Of a stretch of 64,000 nucleotides of DNA, positions 11,199 to 20,947 are shown piece after piece. The notes under the pieces were generated by a model. It searched no databases. It saw nothing but the letters and a program-made list of their open reading frames with translations, and had not been told where the DNA came from. Both the position numbers and the translations under genes were made by a program. The first letter of the stretch is position 1, and each line of letters begins with the position of its first letter. Source of the stretch: Pseudomonadales bacterium (GTDB lineage: Bacteria; Pseudomonadota; Gammaproteobacteria; Pseudomonadales; Azotimanducaceae); NCBI GenBank assembly GCA_965116165.1, contig OZ220484.1:3250090-3314089 (forward strand), given 5' to 3'.

Positions 11199-12842
11199 CG
11201 GTCGCTTCCGCCAACGCGAATGGAGCCATCATGCTTTCGACAAGCGCATCCAACTTGGCTACGGGGTCATCCAGACTTCTTGCCCGCCGTCCAAGTGTAC
11301 GGATCGTCTCGTGAGCCGGAAGCGGCATGGCGCGAAGCTCGGTGGCGCTTACCTGGGTGTTGCCGTTGACAGCGCGGAACCAAGTGTCGAGCAGACGGCT
11401 ATTGTAGAGCGCGGCAATGCCCCAGGCTTCATCCTCCGAGAGCGTGTCGCCGGGCCGGTGAACAAAATTGAGATGATTCTCTAGGCCGATGGCAGGAATT
11501 GCCGACTCCGCTGCAATCCAAGGAGCCGCCGTCAGCCGACGCGCTTCTTCCTTGGCGCTGAAGCGGCGCATGAGGACATAGTTTCTGTTGGGCACGAGAA
11601 GCGCTGCGGCACCGGCCCATTCGATGTACTCCGGTTTGTGCCGGCCGAGCGGCCAAGTCACCCGCATCGCACGCACATGGTTCATCCAGAGTAATGGCAC
11701 ATGGCTCTCCGGTACCCTACCTTCCTTGGCAACTCGTTCGATGGCCCGGAACGGCACAATCGGGCCGGTCGAGATATTCAGCCCCAAGCCGCCAAGAGTG
11801 GTCGGCCAGGAATCCACTAGGTCCAGAGCGCGGTCGTCTTCGTTGCAGACCGGCAGACGCAGAACCTTGTCTTTGGAAGCGAGATCAAGCATCAAGCTGG
11901 CGGGAAGCTCGCGCACCTCCGGCGCGTCGATATCCCCGACCCCAAGGCTCGACGAGATGACAACGCGTGAGCCAGCACCACGCTCGTGCCAGCGATCCAG
12001 ACGGATGCCGAGGAAAATTACATTCTCCTGAAGCACCTCGTCTCGGCGGAACGTGTCGCGCCGGGATGCGAATACATGGACGCGTCTCGGCAATATCTTG
12101 TCGAAGAATACGGTCCGGAAACGCCGGAAGTAGGGGCCAGAGGTGAAACTGCGCGGTGTGATGAAGACCAAGTCCCCGCCCGTCCGAAGCAGCGCCGCGC
12201 TAACCGCCATGAAGAGGGCGTAGATATTTGGCTGACCGTGCACTACCTTGGAAACGGCCACTGCCCGAGGATCGGATTTGGCGATCTTGAAGTAGGGGGG
12301 TTGGCGATGACGACATCGAAGGTTTCTTCCTCCGAACCAGAGGGGAACAGCCTGCTTGACTGCACCGCATCGGCGTTCGCGATGATGAAGTCCGTGGCTT
12401 CAATGCGAAAGTGGACAGGGACTCCGTGCCGTTTCTGGCACCACCCGGCGAGACAGTCGAGGACCGCCCACAGCGGCTTGATCAGGTCGCCGTCGACTTC
12501 GTAAGCGCTCAGATCGATTGCATTCGGCTTTGTCCGGCGAGACACGAGCGTCTCCACGGCCGCGCAGCACAGGATACCGGAGCCCGCGGCGGGGTCAAGA
12601 ATTCGCACCTTCCGTGCGACCGTCTTGACTTGCTCACTCATGAAGTCGGCGACGGGCACTGGTGTGAGGAACAGTCCACGGGCCTTCCTCTGCTGATCGG
12701 AAACCCGTGCGGCATACCACTCGCCAACCCGGCCCGCATAGTCGACTGGCCGCTCGTTTTCTCCGAACTCAGGTATATCGGAGCAACCCGGGACGGCTTT
12801 GGCCACCGGTGCCGTGCCCGCAACCTGGTTCAGGACAGGCAT
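11191..12842 (-). pseudogene. N6-adenine DNA methyltransferase (Eco57I/PstI-M type), split by a -1 frameshift at the NPPY motif
   Basis: ORF 12243-12842 has 'FLTPVPVADFM', 'ILDPAAGSGIL' and 'DVVIANPP'. ORF 11191-12261 continues as 'AVSKVVHGQPNIYALFM...FITPRSF'. The coding strand reads AAC CCC CCT ACT. One extra C in the C6 run (plus-strand G6 at 12295-12300) restores ANPPYFKIAKSDPRAVAVSKVV and a single ~550-aa protein. Confidence 0.8.
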
Positions 12843-13048
12843 CCTAATCCAATAATCTCTTTTTCCAGTTGCTTCACTAGGGTCAGGGGCGATTCGATCT
12901 GGGAGTTGTGTTCCAGCCCGAAGCGCTGCACTGCCTCACCCATGACAGAGACATGTCGCTCCTCAAGCGCCATGACCTCGACCTCGGCATAATCCGCCTT
13001 GTCGAGGCTCACCGTCAGCCCTGTCGTTTTGCTTCGGTGCTCAACCAT
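12830..13048 (-). CDS. Hypothetical small protein, possibly ribbon-helix-helix (CopG-like)
   Basis: 72 aa. 'GLTVSLDKADYAEVEVMALEERHVSVMGEAVQRF' resembles an RHH beta-strand plus two helices. Its 3' end overlaps the methylase start by 13 nt. Weak call. Confidence 0.3.
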   Translation of the reverse strand: MVEHRSKTTGLTVSLDKADYAEVEVMALEERHVSVMGEAVQRFGLEHNSQIESPLTLVKQLEKEIIGLGCLS

Positions 13049-13507
13049 CGCTTTCGGGTGGCTTCATTCAAGTGGGTGCACAAGGTACATCGGCATGCAC
13101 CGGCCAGCAACAAGGCGATGCACATTGAGTGGCCGCGGGACGGATTTGGTGGATACGCTGGATTTCTTCTCCCTGCCACAAAATAACCCGGTCCGTCAAG
13201 CGGATAATCTCGAAAAAATAGTGCATGTTCCCCTCGTCAGGACGATAATTCTTTGTCAAAATGCGCCCCCGAGACGGGGCTGCCAAGCTCCAGACCGAAT
13301 AATGGACGGTTTCGGGCGCGGAGGTCGCAACCTCCATCCCGCAATCAAAACGAGTGTTTAGGGAAGCCGTGCGCGGCCTGATAAGGCTGGCTCGGCAGCC
13401 GTGCGCGAAATAACCCGGCGGATAGGCGGACCCAAATCAAAGACAGGTTGCGGCTGGCGGGCCATGCCTCGCCGCCCGGTGCATGTCGGAGTGAGATGGA
13501 AAGATAG

Positions 13508-14899
13508 ATGGCATTTGCGATTGCGTTGATCGTTTTAATTGTCGGTTCGGTACTTTTTCATGTGCTGAGCCCCTGGTACCTGACGGAATTGGCGTCGAAT
13601 TGGAGCAGGATCGATTTTACGATTGATGTGACCTTCTGGGTTACGGGCTTCGTTTTCGTCGCCGTCAACGCCTTCATGGCCTATTGTGTCATCCGGTTCC
13701 GCTACAAAAAAAATCGGCGTTCCGAATACGCGCCGGAAAACAAGAAGCTGGAATTCTGGTTGACGGCGATTACAGCCGTCGGCGTCGCGGCCATGCTGGC
13801 GCCCGGGCTGATTGTGTGGGCCGATTTCGTCACGGTGCCGGAGGACGCCCACGAGGTCGAGGCAGTCGGCCAGCAGTGGCATTGGACCTATCGGCTGCCC
13901 GGCGACGACGGCAAGTTCGGCAATGTCGAAACAGGCTTTATCACCGATGACAACCCCTTCGGCATGGATCCGGAAGACCCCCACGGCCAGGACGACCGGC
14001 TGATCGAGAGCAACAGGCTGCACCTGCCGTTGAACAAACCCGTCAAATTCAATCTGCGCTCCAAGGATGTTCTGCACAACTTCACCGTCACCCAGTTCCG
14101 GGTAAAGATGGATCTCGTGCCCGGCCTCGTTTCCTACCTCTGGCTCACCCCCACCCGCACCGGTGAATTTGAAGTATTGTGCGAAGAGCTGTGTGGTATC
14201 GGCCACTTCGCCATGCGGGGCAAGGTGTTTGTGGATGAACAGAACGACTACGATGCCTGGTACGCAGCCCAACCGACCTATGCGGAGCTCGCCAATCGGC
14301 CCGAGGGTGATCCGGCGACGGGTCAGGCCCTCTATGCGATTTGCTCGACCTGCCACGGTCCGGCGGGGGCGGGCATGGTCGCCCTTAACGCGCCGAAGAT
14401 CTCGGGCCAGGAACCCTGGTATCTGCGTCGCCAGCTTCAATATTACAAATCCGGCGCGCGCGGCTCCCACCCCCAGGACATCTACGGGCAACAGATGGTG
14501 CCGATGATGGTCACGCTGACCAACGACCAGGCCATCGAGGATGTCATCGCCTATATCGGAACCTTCCCGGACGAGCCGGCCGAGGCCACCATTGCGGGCG
14601 ATGTCGAGCGCGGCCGCGACCTTTGGGTAACGTGCGGCGCCTGCCACGGCTATGAGGGCGAGGGCATTCAGGCGCTGAACGCCCCGCGCATGGCGGGCAT
14701 GACCGACTGGTACCTGAAGCGGCAACTGGAAAATTTCAAGGCGAACATTCGCGGCCGCCACCCCGACGACCTGCATGGATGGCAGATGGCCGAGATGTCC
14801 AGGGTTCTCAAGCACGACACCGCGCTGGACGATGTCGTCGCCTATATCAATACCTTTGGCCGCGGGGCGGCCGCCACGGATATTGGAGCGGAGGAATAG
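13508..14899 (+). CDS. coxB: Cytochrome c oxidase subunit II with C-terminal di-haem cytochrome c fusion
   Basis: Two N-terminal TM helices, CuA site 'CEELCGIGHFAM', then two haem-c motifs 'CSTCHG' and 'CGACHG'. Confidence 0.9.
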   Translation: MAFAIALIVLIVGSVLFHVLSPWYLTELASNWSRIDFTIDVTFWVTGFVFVAVNAFMAYCVIRFRYKKNRRSEYAPENKKLEFWLTAITAVGVAAMLAPGLIVWADFVTVPEDAHEVEAVGQQWHWTYRLPGDDGKFGNVETGFITDDNPFGMDPEDPHGQDDRLIESNRLHLPLNKPVKFNLRSKDVLHNFTVTQFRVKMDLVPGLVSYLWLTPTRTGEFEVLCEELCGIGHFAMRGKVFVDEQNDYDAWYAAQPTYAELANRPEGDPATGQALYAICSTCHGPAGAGMVALNAPKISGQEPWYLRRQLQYYKSGARGSHPQDIYGQQMVPMMVTLTNDQAIEDVIAYIGTFPDEPAEATIAGDVERGRDLWVTCGACHGYEGEGIQALNAPRMAGMTDWYLKRQLENFKANIRGRHPDDLHGWQMAEMSRVLKHDTALDDVVAYINTFGRGAAATDIGAEE

Positions 14900-14900
14900 C

Positions 14901-16679
14901 ATGGCTCAGGTTGCACACGACGCGGTCACGGATGCGGAACTAGGCCCGTTCGAGGTCGAGGATATCGAGCTTTACCACCCCAAAACCTTCATCGGCAAAT
15001 ACATCTGGAGCCAGGATGCCAAGGTAATCGCGATTCAATATGGGGTTACCGCCATCGGCATCGGCCTGGTGGCGTTGGCGCTCTCCATCCTCATGCGCCT
15101 GCAACTCGGCTGGCCGGATAGCTTTTCGGTGATCGACCCCGCCAACTATCTACAGTTCGTCACCATGCACGGCATGATCATGGTGATTTACCTGTTAACG
15201 GCCCTGTTTCTGGGGGGGTTCGGCAACTATCTGATTCCGCTGATGTGCGGGGCGCGGGACATGGTGTTCCCCTACGTCAATATGCTCAGCTATTGGGTGT
15301 ATCTGGCAGCGGTGCTTATTCTCGTGGCCAGCTTCTTCGTTCCGGGCGGCCCCACCGGGGCGGGCTGGACGCTTTATCCGCCGCAGTCGGTGGCCGCCGG
15401 CACGCCGGGTACCGGGGCCGGCATTATCCTTATGCTGATTTCTCTGTGCGTGTTCATCGTCGGGTTCACGATGGGTGGCCTGAATTATGTCGTCACCGTG
15501 CTCCAGGCGCGCACCCGGGGCATGACGCTGATGCGCATGCCGCTGACGGTCTGGGGTATTTTCATGGCGACGGTGCTGGCGCTGCTTGCCTTTCCGGCCC
15601 TGTTCGTAAGCTGCATCATGATGATTCTCGACAGCCTGATCGGCACGAGCTTCTTTATGCCCGCAACGGTGTCGATGGGCGAGCAGACCAGCCATGACGG
15701 TGGTAGCCCCATCCTGTTTCAGCACCTGTTCTGGTTCTTCGGGCATCCGGAAGTGTACATCGTGGCGCTGCCGGCCTTCGGCATTGTCTCCGACGTGCTG
15801 TCCACCCATGCCCGCAAGAACATCTTCGGATACCGCATGATGGTCTGGGCCATCGTCGCCATTGGAGCACTCAGCTTCATCGTCTGGGCGCACCATATGT
15901 ATGTGAGCGGCATGAATCCCTACTTCGGATTCTTCTTCGCGACCACCACGCTGATTATTGCCGTGCCCACGGCGATCAAGGTTTACAACTGGGTATTAAC
16001 CCTGTGGCGGGGCAATATCCAACTCACGGTGCCAATGCTGTTCGCCATCGGCTTCATATTCACCTTCATCAACGGCGGCCTGACCGGCCTCTTTCTCGGC
16101 AATGTCACCGTTGATCTGCCCCTGTCGGATACCTATTTCGTCGTCGCGCACTTCCATATGGTCATGGCGGTCTCGCCGGTACTCGTGGTATTTGGCGCGA
16201 TCTATCACTGGTATCCCAAGATCACCGGCAAGATGCTCGACGACACCCTGGGCAAGGTGCATTTCTGGATGACCTTCCTCGGCACCTACGCCATCTACTA
16301 CCCGATGCACTATCTGGGTTTCGAGGGCGTGCCCCGTCGTTACTACGCTTACGGGGAGACGGCCTTCATGTCCGAATCGGCGCAGGATCTGAACGCGGCC
16401 ATCTCCATTGCGGCGATCTTTGTGGCCGTGGCGCAGGTGATTTTTATCATCAATATCATCAAGAGCCTGAGAGACGGCAAAGAGGCCGGGCCAAACCCCT
16501 GGAACGCGACGACGCTGGAGTGGCAGACGCCGCATACGCCACCCAAGCACGGCAACTTCGACGAACTGCCGTCGGTGTATCGCTGGGCCTACGACTACGG
16601 GGTTCCGGGCGCCGAGAAGGACTTCATTCCCCAAAACGTGCCGTCGGAGGATATGGCCGGCGCCAAGGCGAAGTCCTAG
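14901..16679 (+). CDS. coxA: Cytochrome c oxidase subunit I
   Basis: 12-TM haem-copper oxidase ('WFFGHPEVYI', 'HHMY', 'VAHFHMV'). Start at ATG 14901, 2 nt after the coxB stop. The ORF-track start at 14775 overlaps coxB. Confidence 0.93.
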   Translation: MAQVAHDAVTDAELGPFEVEDIELYHPKTFIGKYIWSQDAKVIAIQYGVTAIGIGLVALALSILMRLQLGWPDSFSVIDPANYLQFVTMHGMIMVIYLLTALFLGGFGNYLIPLMCGARDMVFPYVNMLSYWVYLAAVLILVASFFVPGGPTGAGWTLYPPQSVAAGTPGTGAGIILMLISLCVFIVGFTMGGLNYVVTVLQARTRGMTLMRMPLTVWGIFMATVLALLAFPALFVSCIMMILDSLIGTSFFMPATVSMGEQTSHDGGSPILFQHLFWFFGHPEVYIVALPAFGIVSDVLSTHARKNIFGYRMMVWAIVAIGALSFIVWAHHMYVSGMNPYFGFFFATTTLIIAVPTAIKVYNWVLTLWRGNIQLTVPMLFAIGFIFTFINGGLTGLFLGNVTVDLPLSDTYFVVAHFHMVMAVSPVLVVFGAIYHWYPKITGKMLDDTLGKVHFWMTFLGTYAIYYPMHYLGFEGVPRRYYAYGETAFMSESAQDLNAAISIAAIFVAVAQVIFIINIIKSLRDGKEAGPNPWNATTLEWQTPHTPPKHGNFDELPSVYRWAYDYGVPGAEKDFIPQNVPSEDMAGAKAKS

Positions 16680-16696
16680 TGCTCCATCCGACTGAT
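16676..16696 (+). repeat. Motif E copy 2 (CTAGTGCTCCATCCGACTGAT)
   Basis: A 21-nt motif whose TAG is the coxA stop codon. One mismatch from the consensus of the four copies. Confidence 0.7.
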
Positions 16697-16850
16697 TTGG
16701 CTTTGCGAGCCCGTGCTTGTCCGCCGACAGGGCCCCTATTGATACACTGCCGAAATTCTCGGCTTGGGTTGACGGGTTTGTAGGCCTTACCCGACGCAAG
16801 CGATCTGGGGAATGCGTCGGGACGTGGCGGCTGTCGAACGAGTAGATTGA

Positions 16851-17510
16851 ATGACTGTAACCTTGGTTTTTCTCGCCGTCCTGATGGGCGTGGTGGTTTG
16901 GTGGCTGGTGCGACAGACCATCAACGTCAAACCCTGGGTGGCGAGCGCCCCGGTCGGTGCCCAGTCCGGTGTTGGCTTCCTGCCGCCCGTGAAAGTGGGG
17001 CTGGGCGTGTTGTTGGCCGCGATTACGTCACTGTTTGCCCTGTTCGTGAGCGCCTATGCGATTCGCATGGAGTACGACGACTGGCGACCGATGCCGGAAC
17101 CCACATTGCTTTGGCTCAACTCCGGCATCCTGTTCCTCGGCAGTGTCGGATTGCAGATGGCTTGGCGCGCCGCCGCCCGGGAGAATTGGGCGGGCATAAA
17201 ATTCGGGTTGCTGATTGGCGGTGGCTTTGCCGTTGCGTTTATGGTCGGCCAATCTTTGACGTGGCGGCAACTGATGGAGGCGGGCTACATCGTTTCCGGA
17301 AATCCGGCCAATGCATTTTTCTACACGCTCACCGCCCTGCATGTTTTGCATCTGCTCGGGGGCCTGGTGGCCTGGGCGCGAACGGTGGGTCAGGCCTGGG
17401 CGGGCCAATCGATGTCCAAGACTCGGCTTGGCGTGGAGCTTTGCGCCGTTTATTGGCACTTCCTATTCGTTGTCTGGCTGATTTTGTTCGGCCTGATGTT
17501 GTCCACTTGA
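16851..17510 (+). CDS. Haem-copper oxidase subunit III family protein (divergent paralogue, CoxO-like)
   Basis: 219 aa, multi-TM. 'FYTLTALHVLHLLGGL' and 'VELCAVYWHFLFVVWLILF' are subunit-III signatures. Confidence 0.75.
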   Translation: MTVTLVFLAVLMGVVVWWLVRQTINVKPWVASAPVGAQSGVGFLPPVKVGLGVLLAAITSLFALFVSAYAIRMEYDDWRPMPEPTLLWLNSGILFLGSVGLQMAWRAAARENWAGIKFGLLIGGGFAVAFMVGQSLTWRQLMEAGYIVSGNPANAFFYTLTALHVLHLLGGLVAWARTVGQAWAGQSMSKTRLGVELCAVYWHFLFVVWLILFGLMLST

Positions 17511-17527
17511 TTTAGGGTTGAAATACC

Positions 17528-18229
17528 GTGGCGGAATCCGTAGGCTTGGCTTCAGGCATTAAAGATATCGTTGACGACTGGTCTTCGGATCAGCGCGCAT
17601 TCAAGAAAGTGCCTTGGGGAAAGGCCATGATGTGGATCTTTCTCCTGAGCGACACCTTCATCTTTTCATGCTTCCTGGTCTCGTACATGACCGTGCGCAT
17701 GTCCACCACCGTGCCCTGGCCCAACTCCAGTGAGGTATTTGCCCTCACGCTGTTTGGTCAGAGCATTCCGCTCGTTCTTATCGCCATTATGACCTTTGTG
17801 CTCATCACGAGCAGTGGCACCATGGCCATGGCTGTGAAGTTCGGTTACGAGAAACGCAAGGTACCGACCTTCTTGCTGTTGATGGTCACCGCGATACTCG
17901 GTGCGACCTTTGTGGGCATGCAGGCATTCGAGTGGACGAAGCTGATCGTCGACGAACAGGTGCGTCCCTGGTCCAACCCAATGGGTGCGCCGCAGTTCGG
18001 TGCCGCCTTTTTTATGATTACCGGATTCCACGGTACGCATGTCTCCTTCGGGGTACTTTTTCTCGTTATCACCGCCATCAAGGTGATTCGCGGGGATCTC
18101 GACAAGGAAACGCCCGGCTTTATGACGGGCCGCAAGAACCGCTACGAAATCGTTGAAACGATGGGTCTATATTGGCACTTCGTCGATTTGGTTTGGGTAT
18201 TTATCTTCGCCTTCTTTTACCTCTGGTAG
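17528..18229 (+). CDS. coxC: Cytochrome c oxidase subunit III
   Basis: 'FFMITGFHGTHVSFGVLFL' and 'MGLYWHFVDLVWVFIFAFFYLW'. GTG start. Confidence 0.88.
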   Translation: MAESVGLASGIKDIVDDWSSDQRAFKKVPWGKAMMWIFLLSDTFIFSCFLVSYMTVRMSTTVPWPNSSEVFALTLFGQSIPLVLIAIMTFVLITSSGTMAMAVKFGYEKRKVPTFLLLMVTAILGATFVGMQAFEWTKLIVDEQVRPWSNPMGAPQFGAAFFMITGFHGTHVSFGVLFLVITAIKVIRGDLDKETPGFMTGRKNRYEIVETMGLYWHFVDLVWVFIFAFFYLW

Positions 18230-18416
18230 GCGATGGACGAAGCGATGATTCAGGTTCGCCAAAGGCGGTGGTGGCGCGTCGTACCCGCTCTCGGAGGGCG
18301 GGCGGCCCTTGGCAATGGAGCGGTCCGCGCCTTGCCGGAGACCCCGCGCTCGCGCACCGGTGCCGCAAAAACAGGCGTGACAGGACACTACTAGACAGGG
18401 CTTAAGGAAATTCAAG

Positions 18417-18740
18417 ATGTCCGACGAAGGTCAACAGCATCCCATTGCGATCTATTTCTGGGTTTGGGGGCTCCTGTTCGTATTGAGCGCGGCCTCCTAC
18501 ATGGTCGACTACATGCAGTTTCAGGGCTACCTCCGCTGGAGCCTCATCATCATATTCATGATGCTGAAGGCGGGCCTGATTGTGGCCGTATTCATGCATA
18601 TGATGTGGGAACGAATGGCGCTGATTTACGCCATCCTGGTGCCGCCGTTGGTGATTCTCGTGCTGATTGGCCTGATGGTGTGGGAGGCGGACTATACCTG
18701 GTTGACGCGGATGGAGTTTTTCTCCCAAGTGTGGAAGTAG
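18417..18740 (+). CDS. Prokaryotic cytochrome c oxidase subunit IV family protein
   Basis: 107 aa with 3 TM helices ('YFWVWGLLFVLSAASY', 'LKAGLIVAVFMHMMWE'). Last gene of the cox cluster. Confidence 0.75.
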   Translation: MSDEGQQHPIAIYFWVWGLLFVLSAASYMVDYMQFQGYLRWSLIIIFMMLKAGLIVAVFMHMMWERMALIYAILVPPLVILVLIGLMVWEADYTWLTRMEFFSQVWK

Positions 18741-18773
18741 GTTCGTTTGCGGCCCGCCGGGCTGCTCGATTAT

Positions 18774-19997
18774 ATGGCCGTTAATCTTCCCCCCCTAGGC
18801 GAATTGGCGCCGGTGGCGGGGGTACGCCTGGGTACCGCCCGTGCGGGCATCAAACAGTCCCAGCGCGACGACCTGACGCTTATCGAATTGATGCGGGGCA
18901 CCTCGGTGGCCGGGGTGTTCACGCGCAATGCGTTTCGCGCACCGCCGGTGATTTTGGCGGAGCGGCGTGTTCGCACCGGCCATCCGCGGGCGATGCTGAT
19001 CAATAGCGGCAATGCCAATGCCGCGACGGGCGTCGGTGGTTTCGAAGACGCCAATGTGCTCTGTGAGCATGCGGCGCACTGTTTGGGCGGCGAGTTTGAT
19101 GGTGCGTCGGTTTTGCCGTTTTCAACGGGGGTGATTGGCGAACGGTTGCCGGTGGACGGCATGCGTTCGGCTATCGAGCGCGCGGTGTCCGCCTTGTCGG
19201 CAACCGCGTGGGCCGCCGCCGCCAAGGCCATCATGACCACCGATACGGCACCGAAGGCCGAGAGCGGCCGGTGCGATCTGGGTGGCGGGGCGGTGACCAT
19301 CACCGGCATCGCCAAGGGCTCCGGCATGATCAAGCCGGATATGGCGACCATGCTGGCGTTTGTCTGTTGTGATGCCAAGGTCGCCAAACCCGCGTTGCGG
19401 CGCATGGTTGGTGAGATTGCCGAGCACTCGTTCAACCGTGTTACCGTCGATGGCGATACGTCCACCAACGATTCCTTCGTCCTGTGCGCCACCGGGTGCG
19501 CGGATCATGCGGAGGTCACGGGCTCCGGCCATGCCTATGAGGCGCTCAAGAACGGACTGCTCGGGGTTGCGACGGCATTGGCGGAACGCATTGTCAGGGA
19601 CGGCGAGGGGGCAACCAAGTTCGTCACCCTGCGGGTTCGCGGCGGCGCAACCGGGGCGGAGTGCCTGAAGGTTGCCTATACGGTGGCGGAATCGCCGCTT
19701 GTCAAGACGGCATTGTTCGCGGGCGATCCCAACTGGGGCCGTTTCTGCATGGCCATAGGTCGCGCCGGCGTTGCGCATTTGAACCCGGAGCGGGTCTCTT
19801 TGGCTCTCGACGACGTTATCGTTGCGCGTCACGGCCTTGTGGCGGACGACTACGACGAATCCGCCGCCGCGGCGGTATTGCGGCGAGACGAGTATTGCAT
19901 CGATATCGATCTCGGCAGAGGTTCCTGTGCCGAAGCCGTCTGGACCACCGACCTATCCTACGACTATATCCGTATCAATGCGGAATATCGAACCTGA
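18774..19997 (+). CDS. argJ: Bifunctional glutamate N-acetyltransferase / amino-acid acetyltransferase
   Basis: 'GIAKGSGMIKPDMATMLAFV' (autoprocessing ATML site) and 'DPNWGR'. Start at ATG 18774 rather than the TTG at 18747. Confidence 0.92.
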   Translation: MAVNLPPLGELAPVAGVRLGTARAGIKQSQRDDLTLIELMRGTSVAGVFTRNAFRAPPVILAERRVRTGHPRAMLINSGNANAATGVGGFEDANVLCEHAAHCLGGEFDGASVLPFSTGVIGERLPVDGMRSAIERAVSALSATAWAAAAKAIMTTDTAPKAESGRCDLGGGAVTITGIAKGSGMIKPDMATMLAFVCCDAKVAKPALRRMVGEIAEHSFNRVTVDGDTSTNDSFVLCATGCADHAEVTGSGHAYEALKNGLLGVATALAERIVRDGEGATKFVTLRVRGGATGAECLKVAYTVAESPLVKTALFAGDPNWGRFCMAIGRAGVAHLNPERVSLALDDVIVARHGLVADDYDESAAAAVLRRDEYCIDIDLGRGSCAEAVWTTDLSYDYIRINAEYRT

Positions 19998-20037
19998 ACC
20001 CTGGAGCCTTTATTGAGCTGCGATTCCACCCAGGGTT
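19997..20037. terminator. Possible bidirectional hairpin between convergent argJ and pilD
   Basis: AACCCTGG (19997-20004) pairs with CCAGGGTT (20030-20037) across a 25-nt loop. No clear U-tract, so this is weak. Confidence 0.2.
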
Positions 20038-20050
20038 GATCGGATGTTCC

Positions 20051-20893
20051 CTAACCCAGGACGAGACCGGCCCAGCCAGCCACGGCGAGGAATGGACCGA
20101 ACGGGATTGGTTGGTGGCGGGTGGTGCGACGAGTCAGGATACCGAACAATCCATAGGCAAGGCCGGCGACGGCGGCGAAGAGCACCACCAGCGGCAGCGC
20201 CGTCCAACCAAGCCAGGCGCCAATCGCGGCGAATAGTTTGAAGTCGCCGTATCCCATGCCCTCCCGGCGGGTTGTCCATTTGAATATCCAATAAACCAGC
20301 CAAAGAAACAGATAACCGCCCGCCGCGCCGATAATGGCCGTGGCGGCGTCGGGGGTGAAGCCACCGATGGTGTTGACGATGAGCCCGGCCCATAGCAACG
20401 GTAGTGTGAGCTGGTCGGGGAGCAGATGGGTTTCGAAATCAATACCCGCCAGCACGATCATCAGGCAGGAAAAAACGACGGCCGCGAGGGCCAACCAGGT
20501 CCAGCCGAAACTCGCCACAGCCACGAGTGGGGCCACGGCGGTAATGAGTTCCACCAGCGGATAGCGCGCGCCGATTGCCGTGCCGCACTGCGAGCATCGG
20601 CCACGCAAAACCAACCAGCTTAGGATGGGAATGTTCTCCACTATCCGTATTTGGTGGCCGCAGGCGCGGCATTGGGAACGGGGGACGAGCAGATTGAACG
20701 GCGCTTCCGCCGGAGCCGCGCTGTCGGTGTCCTTGATGTCGAGTTGTTGCCGCGCGGCCCGATTCCAGTGCCGGTCGAGCATAACAGGCAGGCGCGAGAT
20801 CACCACGTTCAGGAAACTGCCGATGACCAGACCGAAGATCATCACGCACAGGGCCGGGGACCAGCCGTGCGCCCAAGGCTCGCCTAGATCCAT
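20051..20893 (-). CDS. pilD: Prepilin peptidase / N-methyltransferase (A24 family)
   Basis: 'CRACGHQ...CSQCG' zinc motif and catalytic 'GMGYGDFKLFAAIGAWLG'. Downstream of pilC. Confidence 0.92.
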   Translation of the reverse strand: MDLGEPWAHGWSPALCVMIFGLVIGSFLNVVISRLPVMLDRHWNRAARQQLDIKDTDSAAPAEAPFNLLVPRSQCRACGHQIRIVENIPILSWLVLRGRCSQCGTAIGARYPLVELITAVAPLVAVASFGWTWLALAAVVFSCLMIVLAGIDFETHLLPDQLTLPLLWAGLIVNTIGGFTPDAATAIIGAAGGYLFLWLVYWIFKWTTRREGMGYGDFKLFAAIGAWLGWTALPLVVLFAAVAGLAYGLFGILTRRTTRHQPIPFGPFLAVAGWAGLVLG

Positions 20894-20947
20894 CGTTCCG
20901 GCCTCCGCGGACGAACCGCAACCCGGTTGAATGGGTAACGCATCCGG

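Noticed and set aside
13068-13337. 89-aa ORF as a bona fide RelE/Gp49-type toxin gene
   Set aside because: The resemblance is only a vague local pattern. The C-terminus is Cys/Pro-rich and atypical. It is reported only as a low-interest possibility, not as a feature.
13535-14902. 455-aa minus-strand ORF opposite coxB (similar antisense ORFs lie opposite the ABC genes, for example 1383-2528 and 1409-2434)
   Set aside because: The sense frames carry CuA/haem-c and Walker/signature motifs. The antisense frames are high-GC artefacts.
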